Assembly (NCBI GenBank): GCA_029932545.1
Contig: JAOZPW010000001.1
Location: forward strand, 2,006 to 66,005
Source: Thermoanaerobaculales bacterium
GTDB lineage: Bacteria; Acidobacteriota; Thermoanaerobaculia; Thermoanaerobaculales; Sulfomarinibacteraceae
DNA: 64,000 nt
Direction: 5' to 3'
The notes under the pieces are model-generated. The model ran no database searches. It saw nothing but the letters and a program-made list of their open reading frames with translations, and was not told the DNA's origin. Positions 1 to 8,728 of the stretch are shown piece by piece (the first letter of the stretch is position 1; every line of letters starts with the position of its first letter). Position numbers and translations under genes: made by a program.

Positions 1-180
1 GTTGCGGGGCATCACGCCCAACAGGAGGAGAAAAATGGTCAGCGCTCGGCCAAGGAGCACGGCCACTCTTCGATCACCATTGAATGTTGAACGGGGAGCC
101 TTTGATATCCGTTTCTTGTTGTGAGAATGCCGGCTAAATCCAGTGTCTTCAATCATGTCGGAGAGATGGTAGCATGAGAT

Positions 181-1170
181 ATGTTTTCACGGCCCAATCC
201 AAATTCGCCTGCAGCAATCCTCACCGGCTGGCTTGCCGCTCTGTGTGGCGGCATTATCGCCCTCGCCCTCATCGCCGGTGGCCAAGGTCTGGGTGCGATC
301 CTCGGAGGCTGTCGTTGGATCGGCCTGACCCTGCCCCTGCATCAACAGACGTGGGCCCTGGTCAACCAGCCCACACTGGCCTTTTCCACGCAGGGTCCTG
401 CTGTAGGGTACTGGTTGGGCGGCATGGCGGCCTGCCTCCTTGTTGCCGTCCTCTTTGTACCTCTTATTCCGAGACCACAGGGTCTGACCTCGGAGCTCAT
501 CGCTGTCCAGATCTCCTGGATGGCCTCGGTCCTCGGCCTCGGGTGGATGGCTCTCCTGGATCCCTGGGACGGACACCTCTCCCGTTTTCTCCGACTCCAT
601 GATATGTCGCCGGTGGCCGCCTGGCTGATTCCCGCACTGGGCGCGTGGGCCGCCCTGATTCCCACTCTGCACCTGTTGGCCCTGGCCCGCGGGGCTCAGC
701 CGCAGCTCAGTCGTTCGGGAAGAATACTGACTGTGGTGATACACCTGGTCCTCCCGGCCTTCGTATGGATCGCCGCAGGAGTGTTCGTCGTGTTCCGCAC
801 GGGTTCCACCTTTCACTCATCCCCCCTCGAAGGACTCGGATCCTTTCTTGTGCTCTGGCCGCCGATTGTTGCTGCCGCCCTACCCTCGGTCGCTGCCTTG
901 ATGATGGCCTGGTTGGCCTTTCCCAGCCCCTGGGTCAACCACCTGGAACCGGTGCGCCTGAAAACGACCGCTCTCCTGCTGGTAACCGCCACCGTTCTTG
1001 TCGGTCTACAGTTGATCCTGGGCGCACCGTCGGGTTCCGGCACATGCCGAGGCGTGCTCTGGGCTCATGCCGACAGCCGTAACAATCTGAGACCCTGGGT
1101 CACCCCAACGTCGATTCTCGGCGCCGCCGTCCTGCCCGGTGTCGGCGACAATGGTCCGGGTGGGGAATAG
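181..1170 (+). CDS. hypothetical multi-pass membrane protein
   Basis: 329-aa ORF rich in Leu/Ala/Gly/Trp with several long hydrophobic stretches. No family recognised and the start is uncertain. Confidence 0.45.
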   Translation: MFSRPNPNSPAAILTGWLAALCGGIIALALIAGGQGLGAILGGCRWIGLTLPLHQQTWALVNQPTLAFSTQGPAVGYWLGGMAACLLVAVLFVPLIPRPQGLTSELIAVQISWMASVLGLGWMALLDPWDGHLSRFLRLHDMSPVAAWLIPALGAWAALIPTLHLLALARGAQPQLSRSGRILTVVIHLVLPAFVWIAAGVFVVFRTGSTFHSSPLEGLGSFLVLWPPIVAAALPSVAALMMAWLAFPSPWVNHLEPVRLKTTALLLVTATVLVGLQLILGAPSGSGTCRGVLWAHADSRNNLRPWVTPTSILGAAVLPGVGDNGPGGE

Positions 1171-1246
1171 ACGGCTTTGCCCCGTGGTTAAAGAAAGTTG
1201 ACCACCCCTGATCGGGGCAAGTCTACCCAAAGAAAGTGGAGGAAAC

Positions 1247-1840
1247 ATGAAAAACCTTGTTGCAAAGAAAGCCCCTAATTTTACCGCCCAGGCGGTCCTG
1301 GAAGACAATACAATGGCGGACCTGACCCTGTCGGACTACCGTGGCAAATACGTCGTGCTGTTCTTCTACCCCCTTGATTTCACCTTCGTCTGCCCATCCG
1401 AGATCATCGCCTTCGATGACAAGCTTGACGAGTTCAACAAGCGCAACTGTGAGGTCATCGGCGTCTCTGTCGACTCGCAGTTCAGCCACTGGGCCTGGAA
1501 GAACACCCCCCGGAATCAGGGCGGTCTTGGTCAGATCCGTTTTCCAATCGTCGCCGACCTCAAAAAGACGATCTCCAAGGATTACGGGGTTCTCCTCAAG
1601 AAAGAGGGGATCGCGCTGCGGGGTCTGTTTATTCTGGACAAGGAAGGTGTCATTCACCATTCGACGATCAACCACCTCTCCCTGGGTCGGAATGTTGACG
1701 AAGTACTGAGAACTCTCGACGCCCTTCAGTTCACCGAAGAGCATGGTGAGGTCTGCCCTGCCAACTGGAATCCAGGAGATGCCGCCATGAAGCCGACGTC
1801 CGATGGCGTCGCCGAATACCTTGGCGAGCACATGAGCTAG
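1247..1840 (+). CDS. typical 2-Cys peroxiredoxin (AhpC/Prx1 family)
   Basis: 197-aa ORF with peroxidatic Cys motif FTFVCPSE and resolving Cys in [17 protein letters not shown] lies just upstream of the ATG. Confidence 0.9.
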   Translation: MKNLVAKKAPNFTAQAVLEDNTMADLTLSDYRGKYVVLFFYPLDFTFVCPSEIIAFDDKLDEFNKRNCEVIGVSVDSQFSHWAWKNTPRNQGGLGQIRFPIVADLKKTISKDYGVLLKKEGIALRGLFILDKEGVIHHSTINHLSLGRNVDEVLRTLDALQFTEEHGEVCPANWNPGDAAMKPTSDGVAEYLGEHMS

Positions 1841-1895
1841 AATGTCCATTGGGCCGGCCTTCGGGCCGGTGCCAATTACTCTCACTGGAGGTCCC

Positions 1896-2402
1896 ATGAA
1901 CCCGAACGTCGAAAAAGCCATCAACGAACAGATCCACGCAGAGTTCTTCTCGTTCTACTTGTACCTGTCGGTCTCTGCCTATTTCAAGACCATCCATCTG
2001 GACGGCTTTGCCAACTGGATGAATATCCAGGCCCAGGAGGAGTACTCACACGCGATGAAGCTCTTTGACTTTCTGATTGAACGGGGTGGACAGATCGAGT
2101 TGATGGCCCTGGACGCGCCCCAACATCAGTGGGCGTCGCCCTCAGCGGCCTTCGACGCCGTTCTGGCTCATGAGAAGTACATCACCGATCGCATCAATAC
2201 TCTGGTCGATATCTCGACCCAAGAGGGAGACCATGCGACCACCGTGATGCTGCACTGGTATGTCAGCGAACAGGTCGAAGAAGTCGCAACAGCCGACACC
2301 CTGACCAATCAGGTCAAGATGGTCGAAGGCTCACCACATGGGCTGCTGATGCTCGACCGCGAGCTCGGTGCACGCCAGATGGCCACTGCTGAACCTGTTT
2401 AA
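1896..2402 (+). CDS. ferritin-like iron storage protein
   Basis: ORF 1842..2402 trimmed to ATG 1896, which follows GGAG. Ferritin-type helix pattern (INEQIHAEFFSFYLYLS, QAQEEYSHAMK), about 168 aa. Confidence 0.8.
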   Translation: MNPNVEKAINEQIHAEFFSFYLYLSVSAYFKTIHLDGFANWMNIQAQEEYSHAMKLFDFLIERGGQIELMALDAPQHQWASPSAAFDAVLAHEKYITDRINTLVDISTQEGDHATTVMLHWYVSEQVEEVATADTLTNQVKMVEGSPHGLLMLDRELGARQMATAEPV

Positions 2403-2418
2403 CTTTCCCGACGATGAC

Positions 2419-2456
2419 AAAAAGGGCGTACAGCCAATCGGTTGCACGCCCTTTTT
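2419..2456. terminator. bidirectional rho-independent terminator candidate
   Basis: AAAAAGGGCGT (2419..2429) pairs with ACGCCCTTTTT (2446..2456), flanked by an A-run and a T-run. It lies between the convergent ferritin and rimK-like genes. Confidence 0.6.
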
Positions 2457-2638
2457 GAACCTCGTTGCGTTTTTTTCAAGTCGTTCGGTAATGCACCCGA
2501 TATCAAGGGTCTCAACGACATCCATGATCCGGAAGACTTTTATCGCTCTACCCTCCCCCGACAATGCGCGCAGCGCATTATAGGAGCCTGTGGGGCAGAG
2601 GCCGGGGATCAACTCAACTCTGTAGTCGCTTCGGCGGC

Positions 2639-3526
2639 CTATGCCCTACAGGCTCCTAGTCCTACCGCAAATCGAACAATCTCCGACGCCACATCAATGC
2701 CCGTCGCCTGCTCAACCTGTTTGAAGCCCGGCGTTGGGTTGACCTCACAGACGACGGCCCCACATGGGCCCTCGAGAAGGTCCACGCCACAAAGCCCCAG
2801 TCCCAGCACCTTTCCGGCAGCCACGGCAAGTTCAACCTGGCAATCGTCCAGATCGGCGCTCCGGGCAGATCCTCCCCGGGCCCCATTGGATCGCCATTCA
2901 CCTTTCACTGCCTCGAAGTACGCCGACGCGATGACACGATCCCCGGCGATCAGAACCCTTGTTGACCGGCCATCGCATTCGATCCATTCCTGCACAACAT
3001 ACTCATCCCCCAGACGCCACAGGGAATCCAATACGCTTTCCAGGTGGTCCAGTTGCCGGCACACGATCACACCGACTCCCATTCGTGACCGACGAAGTTT
3101 GACGACAACCGGCAGGCCCAGAATCGAGACGGCAGCGGTAGCGGTTCTTTCGGGATCCATCGCCGCGAGGGTCTTTGGGGTCGGAAGACCCGCGTGCGAA
3201 AGCATCAAGAGACTTCGCCAATGATCTCGCCCTACACGAAATGACTCGGCCCCATTGGGCGTGGGCACGCCTGCACTTTGAATGGCCTCGACCATCGCCA
3301 GCATGGTCTCCGGTCGCCAGTTACCGACGCGAACGATCGCACCCCGAGGTGCGGGGTTGAGCACACTTCGCCCGTCGAGCAGAATGTCCGTCATCCCACC
3401 GCCCGTTTGCACGACCGCCTGAGTCGCATCGACGATTTCGACGTCAACGCCCAAATCGTTCCCCGCTTCGACCAGCCGACGGTTGGTGCCAACATCGGGT
3501 CGCGCGGTCAGAACCAACAATTTCAT
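2639..3526 (-). CDS. RimK-family ATP-grasp alpha-L-glutamate ligase
   Basis: ORF 2639..3574 trimmed to ATG at 3526 (MKLLVLTARPD...). ATP-grasp signatures are LPVVVKLRRSRMGVGV, VVQEWI and CEVNPTPGF. Confidence 0.75.
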   Translation of the reverse strand: MKLLVLTARPDVGTNRRLVEAGNDLGVDVEIVDATQAVVQTGGGMTDILLDGRSVLNPAPRGAIVRVGNWRPETMLAMVEAIQSAGVPTPNGAESFRVGRDHWRSLLMLSHAGLPTPKTLAAMDPERTATAAVSILGLPVVVKLRRSRMGVGVIVCRQLDHLESVLDSLWRLGDEYVVQEWIECDGRSTRVLIAGDRVIASAYFEAVKGEWRSNGARGGSARSADLDDCQVELAVAAGKVLGLGLCGVDLLEGPCGAVVCEVNPTPGFKQVEQATGIDVASEIVRFAVGLGACRA

Positions 3527-3624
3527 CGTACCGGTCCGCAAAAGACGCCCCTGGTTTTTGTCTGCATATCTCACCCGCTTCCCAAAGCTTCGGACAATTC
3601 TAACCCGGGTGTTTATACTGACGT

Positions 3625-4062
3625 ATGGTCGTACACACCGAGAGAATCGAAGTTCAGACCCAAGGCCACGGTCATACTTTGGATCTGACCCAGGAGAGTG
3701 CTCTGTGGTTGAACCGGATCAAGGCTGGCGACGGTCAGATGACCGTATTCGTCCCCGGGTCCACCGCTGCCATGACCACCATAGAATATGAACCCGGAGC
3801 GCTGCAGGATCTCGAAGAAGCCTTGGAACGGCTCGCTCCGTCTGACGTTGAATACCACCATGATCGAAGATGGGGCGACGGCAACGGATTCTCCCATCTC
3901 CGGGCGGCCGTTCTCGGGCCGTCGCTTACAATTCCCGTCACCAACGGGCGGTTGCTGCTGGGGACCTGGCAGCAGTTGGTCTTAGTGGAGTGTGATGTCC
4001 GCGATCGCACGCGGTCCATCGTCATGTCGTTTGTCGGCACCGCCGACCCGGGAGATTCCTGA
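3625..4062 (+). CDS. YjbQ/UPF0047 family protein (secondary thiamine-phosphate synthase-like)
   Basis: 145-aa ORF with the YjbQ pattern: HTERIEVQTQGHGHTLDLT, TTIEYEPGALQDLEEALERLAP, and the HLRAAVLGPS...PV..G.L.LGTWQ region. Confidence 0.75.
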   Translation: MVVHTERIEVQTQGHGHTLDLTQESALWLNRIKAGDGQMTVFVPGSTAAMTTIEYEPGALQDLEEALERLAPSDVEYHHDRRWGDGNGFSHLRAAVLGPSLTIPVTNGRLLLGTWQQLVLVECDVRDRTRSIVMSFVGTADPGDS

Positions 4063-4472
4063 TGCCCCATCTGATACTCGAAGGACCAACAGATTTTTCA
4101 TCCGCCGTCACCGGGATCCACACCGAAGCCCGACGTTGGGGGCGAGCCGTACTCAAGACGGAAGGGTGGTGGTCGCGATCCGACGCCGGGGCCCTGCTTT
4201 TCGAAGGGGTCATCGTAGAGTTTTCTCGCGCCCTGCACCCGCTTGCCTTGGTGGCCCCGCATCACGGTGACACCAGCGTACGACTCTGGCCCTATATTGA
4301 TATCGAGAGAACCCACGCCGTCCAGCGCTGGTTGGCCCTGATTGCCGCAGATCTCCAGAATGGCGGCGCCGGCGTACTCAAGAAAACCAACATCCCGGAC
4401 GAGATCTTGCACGGACTCGAGTTCAAGAAAGGTCACGTCCTGTCAAGTGGTGTACGAAGGGCCTATGCGTAA
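4062..4472 (+). CDS. hypothetical protein; 3' end runs into the IS inverted repeat
   Basis: 136-aa ORF overlapping the yjbQ-like stop (ATGA). The last ~8 codons lie inside the left inverted repeat of the IS256-family remnant, so the C-terminus may be altered. Confidence 0.4.
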   Translation: MPHLILEGPTDFSSAVTGIHTEARRWGRAVLKTEGWWSRSDAGALLFEGVIVEFSRALHPLALVAPHHGDTSVRLWPYIDIERTHAVQRWLALIAADLQNGGAGVLKKTNIPDEILHGLEFKKGHVLSSGVRRAYA

Positions 4473-5491
4473 TCCATGACGATCATGCCGAGAGCGGTAG
4501 TGATTCTGGCAGGACCTCCCTTCGTGTTGGTGGTTGAAATGTTGGTGATCGATCTTTGGCGGCGGAGAGAGCCGTAAGAGTCATGTACCGACGTCCGATG
4601 GCCCACTCGTCGGATTGCTCGCACAAGAGAGCGCCTACAAGACGAATGATGGATGACCGATTTGGGAAGATGCCGACGACACCGGTACGGCATTTGATTT
4701 CCTTATTGAGGCGTTCCTGGGGGTTGTTGGACCAGATTTTCTTCCAGATTTCGATTGGGAATACGGCGAAGGCCAAGATGTCATGTGCGGCCTCTTCAAG
4801 AAGCGCTGCAGCTACCGGAAAGTTTCCCTCGAGTTGGTCCACAACCACCCAAAGTCGGTTCCAGACAGAATCTGCATCAGGTTGAAGGAAAATCGTACGA
4901 ACCAACGTGGCGACAAACGCCTGGGCATTCTTGGGCACTTTGGCTAACAGATTCCTCATGAAATGAGTCCGGCAGCGCTGCCAAGACGTACCTGGAAAAG
5001 TTGTTTGGCAATCTCGGAAACCTGGGATTTGGAGATTCCGTCGATCCCGAGCTGTTGGACCAGGCGTTCCACTTTTCGGGTCGAAACGCCCAAGACATAA
5101 CTCTCAGCGATGACGTTGAGAAGGGCCTTTTCAGACCTCCGCCGGGCTTCCAAGAGATTGTTGGGAAAGTAGGACCCCCTTCGCAGTTTTGGAATCTTCA
5201 GGTCAATCGTCCCGACCCGGGTATCCCAACGACGGCTCCGAAATCCATTCCGGTGATTCGTCCGATCAGGGCTACGTTCCCCATAGCCGGCACCACAAAT
5301 CGAGTCTACCTCTGCACCCATGAGTTCATCAGCCATCACCCGCACCATCTCCCGAAGCGTATCCGGGTCATCCTCCTCGAGCCTCTTGCGGATCTCATTG
5401 AAAAACGCCATATTGTTCTTGGTCATTGCTGTCTCCTTATTGAGGTTTGGTCATCTCATGGAGAATTACGCAATGGCCTTCATTATGCAAG
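4449..5491 (-). mobile_element. IS256-family insertion sequence, internally deleted derivative (~1.04 kb)
   Basis: Imperfect terminal inverted repeats: GTGTACGAAGGGCCTATGCGTAAT..CCATG at ~4450..4478, matched by the reverse complement of CATGGAGAATTACGCAATGGCCTTCATTATGCA at ~5457..5489. They enclose the split transposase ORFs. Boundaries are good to about 10 bp. Confidence 0.65.
4483..5426 (-). pseudogene. IS256/mutator-family transposase, internal deletion plus frameshift
   Basis: N-terminal piece 4956..5426 (...GVSTRKVERLVQQLGIDGISKSQVSEIAKQ). C-terminal piece 4483..4959 extends upstream in its own frame as TFPGTSWQRCRTHFMRNLLAKVP. The junction is at ~5000, and together the pieces give ~314 aa against ~400 aa for intact family members. 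The missing block is where the first two DDE aspartates normally lie. Confidence 0.85.
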
Positions 5492-5623
5492 TTTCGTCGG
5501 CCCGCTTGTAACGCCTGTGAGGTTGTGGAAAGCGGGGCCCCTACCCCCCTTCCCACAGCCCATCACAGGCACGACGACGATGAACAACTCTTCACTCTTA
5601 CACCACGTCGGTGGACTCTACTC

Positions 5624-5685
5624 TTGGGTTTTCGTTCGCACTGGACATGCCAACATCCAGTGACCGTTGCGTTGATTTGTTAGAA
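5624..5685 (-). other. truncated attC (R''/L'' half only) at the distal end of the array
   Basis: 62 bp matching the ORF-proximal half of the long attC family at 8549..8659, with ~5 mismatches by eye, including TTCTAAC (reverse complement of GTTAGAA 5679..5685). The partner arm (GTTGGCATG...CTCAGC...R') is absent. Confidence 0.7.
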
Positions 5686-5719
5686 GGCAGGCGGTATTTC
5701 ATTCGTTAAGACCTGATGC

Positions 5720-6268
5720 TCAGTTGCCGAGATCCAGATTTTCGGAAATGAAGTCCTCAAGAAACTGAAGGTCCCGTCGTTCAACAGTGATCTGATTTCC
5801 AAAATCGATCGCCCTGCGTTCCGTCTGAGCGAGGCGAGCTTCTATTTCCTTGGTTGACCTCCGGATCTTTTCGAGCATTTCAGACATTTCTTCTGATTCA
5901 GGTCCAGAAAGTTCACGGGCATTTTCTTCCATTCGCTCGATCATCTCTTCGGACCTCACGACAGATTCAGCGAGTGTCTCTCGGTATCCATTGGCCTGCA
6001 TCAAGAGTGTTTCCAGGCTCTCAACTTTGCGCGCCCGAAACTGGAGATAAGCGATTGCAAGTTCGAGTTTCTTGAGTTCGATCTCCCGGCCTTTTTGTTC
6101 AACGCCGTCACTCAAGACTCTCAACAACTCCCGATTCACCTCCACAAGGGACGCCAGTTCCCCGCATTTGACGGTGCCGGGTTCCGAAACCCCCTGGGCA
6201 GATCCTGGTCCCCCAATCAAAAGGTACACGGCCACAAGACCTACGACGAGGAAGTTTCGAAATCTCAT
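5720..6268 (-). CDS. cassette 6: secreted coiled-coil protein of unknown function
   Basis: 182-aa ORF with an AGGGGGG RBS, signal-peptide-like N-terminus (MRFRNFLVVGLVAVYLLIGGPGSAQG), then Glu/Arg/Leu-rich heptad-like sequence. Confidence 0.7.
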   Translation of the reverse strand: MRFRNFLVVGLVAVYLLIGGPGSAQGVSEPGTVKCGELASLVEVNRELLRVLSDGVEQKGREIELKKLELAIAYLQFRARKVESLETLLMQANGYRETLAESVVRSEEMIERMEENARELSGPESEEMSEMLEKIRRSTKEIEARLAQTERRAIDFGNQITVERRDLQFLEDFISENLDLGN

Positions 6269-6305
6269 TGACCCCCCTGCAAATGAATGCTCACTCTGAT
6301 CTGCC

Positions 6306-6372
6306 TTATAACTTGAAGCTCAATGGACCAGACCGCGCAGCGGTATGGGTCCATTGGAGCGATCCGTTAGGC
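6306..6372 (-). other. attC site (67 bp) of cassette 5
   Basis: Plus strand reads TTATAAC-TTGAAG-CTCAATGGACC...GGTCCATTGGAG-CGATCC-GTTAGGC. The L arms pair, with one extra base on the ORF-proximal arm. Confidence 0.8.
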
Positions 6373-6451
6373 GACGTAATTTATTCATGATTAATAGGTT
6401 ACGAGGGATTGTATGATTGTTGTCCCTGGCATCAGATTTCCGTAGAGGCGG

Positions 6452-7609
6452 CTACCAAATCCCAGCGGCATGTTGAGTTCGAAGGATCTCGACCATTTCC
6501 TCCTTGAGATCGCCAGGGGCACTCTCTATTGCTTCATTGAGAGGTTGGTTCTTTGTGCCGTTTAGATCCACAAGTCGCGTTTGGACGTGTTCCTTAACTC
6601 GAAAGTGCTGCCTTATGTTGCTGGAAAGAGACCATTTTGCTGAACCTCCCGTAAGGAAGAGGTTGAGGTCCTTTCTCTCGTCACAGAACGCGAGGTTACT
6701 GATCAATAGGTCAAGATATGCAATGTCGCCGCTTGCGAAGTAGGCACCCCAAAACATGTCGTTTTGGGACGGGGATACCGGTAGGGCTGTCTTGATGGCC
6801 GAAGTGTCGGCTGAGAGTTTCAATGCATTTGTGAGAACACCTCGAGGGCCATCCGGTTGTTTGGAAATGGTCTCCTTCCACGCGCCTATTCTTGTTGGAT
6901 TTGAAGAAAACACCTCTGTAAGGAAGCCAACGGCTGGTGGGAAGGTTTCGCTATTTTCCAGAATATCGCTTTCACTGAGAGCGTAAATCGCTTCGTCAAT
7001 GAACTCGGGCCTCGGATCAAGGTAATAGGAGTCCATCAATTCGCCCAAATCGAAGGACTCGAGCCTGTGCTTTGCTTCGAAGGATCTCTTGAGTTCCAGA
7101 CATACATCTGCCACGCGATCACAGACGTTCGCGGTGAAAGTGTACTCACCAAGAAGATCCTGAGGTTCGATGATTAATCCTAGATAGGCGCGACCAAGTT
7201 GCATTCGTTGCTCGGGAGGCGGCGCGACTCCTGAACACAAATCGTTGTCTGGCTCTGACGCGTACTCACTACCATCTGGGCCGATCACCGCCAAGTCAGC
7301 GATGATATCGCAGTGCCCTTTATTATTGGCTTGCCCCCCAGAGAAGAACACAAATGCAACGATCATGTCACCGCGTTTCACATCACTCGTCGTCGAAAGG
7401 CTCGGGGTATATCCGGGAGATGCCGGTTGGTCCCATTGCTCCAGGAACGATTCAGGTTCAGACGATAGGAGCATCATGGAACCGAATGAGCCTACGGACT
7501 TTCTCCACTCTGAGTCGGGGACTACACCGTCCTCGCTGTACCATTGCGCTTGTACCTGGCTAGGAATCAGAATAGCGATGGCGATGAGTGGCAATAGGAA
7601 AATCTTCAC
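6452..7609 (-). CDS. cassette 5: secreted protein of unknown function
   Basis: 385-aa ORF with a GTG start behind AAGGAGG and signal peptide MKIFLLPLIAIAILIPSQVQA. No family recognised. Confidence 0.7.
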   Translation of the reverse strand: MKIFLLPLIAIAILIPSQVQAQWYSEDGVVPDSEWRKSVGSFGSMMLLSSEPESFLEQWDQPASPGYTPSLSTTSDVKRGDMIVAFVFFSGGQANNKGHCDIIADLAVIGPDGSEYASEPDNDLCSGVAPPPEQRMQLGRAYLGLIIEPQDLLGEYTFTANVCDRVADVCLELKRSFEAKHRLESFDLGELMDSYYLDPRPEFIDEAIYALSESDILENSETFPPAVGFLTEVFSSNPTRIGAWKETISKQPDGPRGVLTNALKLSADTSAIKTALPVSPSQNDMFWGAYFASGDIAYLDLLISNLAFCDERKDLNLFLTGGSAKWSLSSNIRQHFRVKEHVQTRLVDLNGTKNQPLNEAIESAPGDLKEEMVEILRTQHAAGIW

Positions 7610-7654
7610 GATACCTCCTTCGAAATGGGTAGCGGTTCGGTCATGCGAAACGAG

Positions 7655-7729
7655 GCCTAACGGTCCGAGTTCAGCGGACCGGGGCCGCGGCCGCCGCGGA
7701 CCGGGGTCCGCTGGAACGAGATGTTAGGC
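7655..7729 (-). other. attC site (75 bp) of cassette 4
   Basis: GCCTAAC (7655..7661) and GTTAGGC (7723..7729) are perfect complements. Inner arms TTCAGCGGACC / GGTCCGCTGGAA pair with one extra G. The cassette stop codon TAA lies inside R''. Confidence 0.85.
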
Positions 7730-8125
7730 ATCCGCAATCCGCTCAGAGATCTTCACCATCGGCTCAGGATTGACGTAGAGCTGCCAAACCGCAACCAGTT
7801 CATCTTCGACGACGACACGCCACGCCGCGGGAACCACCCAGTGATTCTCTGGCTTGAGAGCCCCGGCCTGATCGAATGTGCCCTCCGCGACACCCAGCAG
7901 AACCACGACGTTGCCTCTGGCGAATGTGTCCTTCACCTGGATTCGGAAGTCCGGCACCATCGAGAAGTAACTCCTCCACCCGTCACGCATCTGCTCGCGT
8001 CCGCAATGCTCACTGCCGTCTGAGTCCACAAACACGTGGCCCTCTGTCATCAATTCCGCAAGACGATCTGGATTCCCGGAGTTGATGGCGTCAACGAAGG
8101 AGCGTGCAGTTTCCGTTGAAGTCAT
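7724..8125 (-). CDS. cassette 4: SnoaL/NTF2-like (DUF4440-type) small protein
   Basis: 133-aa ORF behind an AGGAG RBS. The N-terminal ARSFVDAINSGNPDRLAELMTEGHVFVDSDG pattern is typical of the nuclear transport factor 2 / SnoaL fold. Confidence 0.7.
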   Translation of the reverse strand: MTSTETARSFVDAINSGNPDRLAELMTEGHVFVDSDGSEHCGREQMRDGWRSYFSMVPDFRIQVKDTFARGNVVVLLGVAEGTFDQAGALKPENHWVVPAAWRVVVEDELVAVWQLYVNPEPMVKISERIADA

Positions 8126-8145
8126 TTGCCGATGCTCCTGAAGCG

Positions 8146-8235
8146 GCCTAACGACCGAACTCAGTTGACCGGCAGCACGGCGCAGAGCGAAGCGGCGCGA
8201 CGGGTTGCTGGGTCAACTGCAGTGATTTGTTATGT
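8146..8235 (-). other. attC site (90 bp) of cassette 3
   Basis: GCCTAAC (8146..8152) ... CTCAGTTGACC ... GGTCAACTGCAG-TGATTT-GTTATGT (8229..8235). There is an extra base in the ORF-proximal L arm, and the stop codon lies inside R''. Confidence 0.85.
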
Positions 8236-8526
8236 GTTTGCATTGAACTTAGGCCAGCGGTTGTAGCCTTTTTGTGGGTTATTTGACTCATTTTTGCGAA
8301 TATACTCAACCTCTTTAGCTGACAGCTCTTCTTCTGTTGCTGTCTCTGACTCCCAAAGAATTTGTTTTCTTATCGTATAATCTTTGCGGACATCATCTGG
8401 AAGGCTTTTGAAATCTTCATTGACTATGGCCATGTCCGGGCTGCCATAATATCTATAACTACCTACACTATCTTTACCAATGTATATCTTGCCTGTTGGG
8501 CACGTAATCATATAGATTTGTTTCAT
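8230..8526 (-). CDS. cassette 3: stand-alone GIY-YIG nuclease-domain protein
   Basis: 98-aa ORF: IYMITCPTGKIYIGKDS...YYGS (GIY...YIG block), then SAKEVEYIRKNESNNPQKGYN (E...N block). The cassette is visibly AT-rich relative to its flanks. Confidence 0.65.
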   Translation of the reverse strand: MKQIYMITCPTGKIYIGKDSVGSYRYYGSPDMAIVNEDFKSLPDDVRKDYTIRKQILWESETATEEELSAKEVEYIRKNESNNPQKGYNRWPKFNANT

Positions 8527-8548
8527 TGGTGTATCTATTTCTTTTTAC

Positions 8549-8659
8549 ACATAACGCTTGAACTCAGCGGCGCTGGTTGTTGGCATGGCCGGTGCCTTTG
8601 GGTTTTCGTTCGCACTGGACATGCCAACAATCAGTGACCGTTGCCGTGATTTGTTAGAC
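8549..8659 (-). other. attC site (111 bp, long family) of cassette 2
   Basis: ACATAAC (8549..8555) ... CTCAGCGGCGCTGGTTGTTGGCATG ... CATGCCAACAATCAGTGACCGTTGCCGTG-ATTT-GTTAGAC (8653..8659). Roughly 85-90% identical by eye to the site at 9358..9469. Confidence 0.85.
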
Positions 8660-8728
8660 CGCGAAGTGTTACCTATGTCCATGGACTGTTTTGTTGCCTC
8701 TGGCCCAGCCGGCCCCCACATCTGCAAA

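Noticed and set aside
1-66. Open frame on the minus strand running off the left edge (possible GTG start at 66, translating VAVLLGRALTIFLLLLGVMPRN...)
   Set aside because: Only ~22 codons are visible and no motif is present. This is insufficient to call a gene.
4441-5500. Target-site duplication flanking the IS256-family remnant
   Set aside because: Only a 5-bp CAAGT match is seen near both ends (about 4445 and 5489). IS256-family elements normally make 8-9 bp duplications, so no clean duplication can be claimed.
5505-5573. Possible additional attC between the IS remnant and the truncated attC (TTGTAAC followed by the imperfect inverted repeat CCTGTGAGGTTGTGG / CCACAGCCCATCACAGG)
   Set aside because: No GTTRRRY partner box at the right end, none of the CTCA...GACC/GGTC...TGNAG arms shared by the other sites, and no associated ORF.
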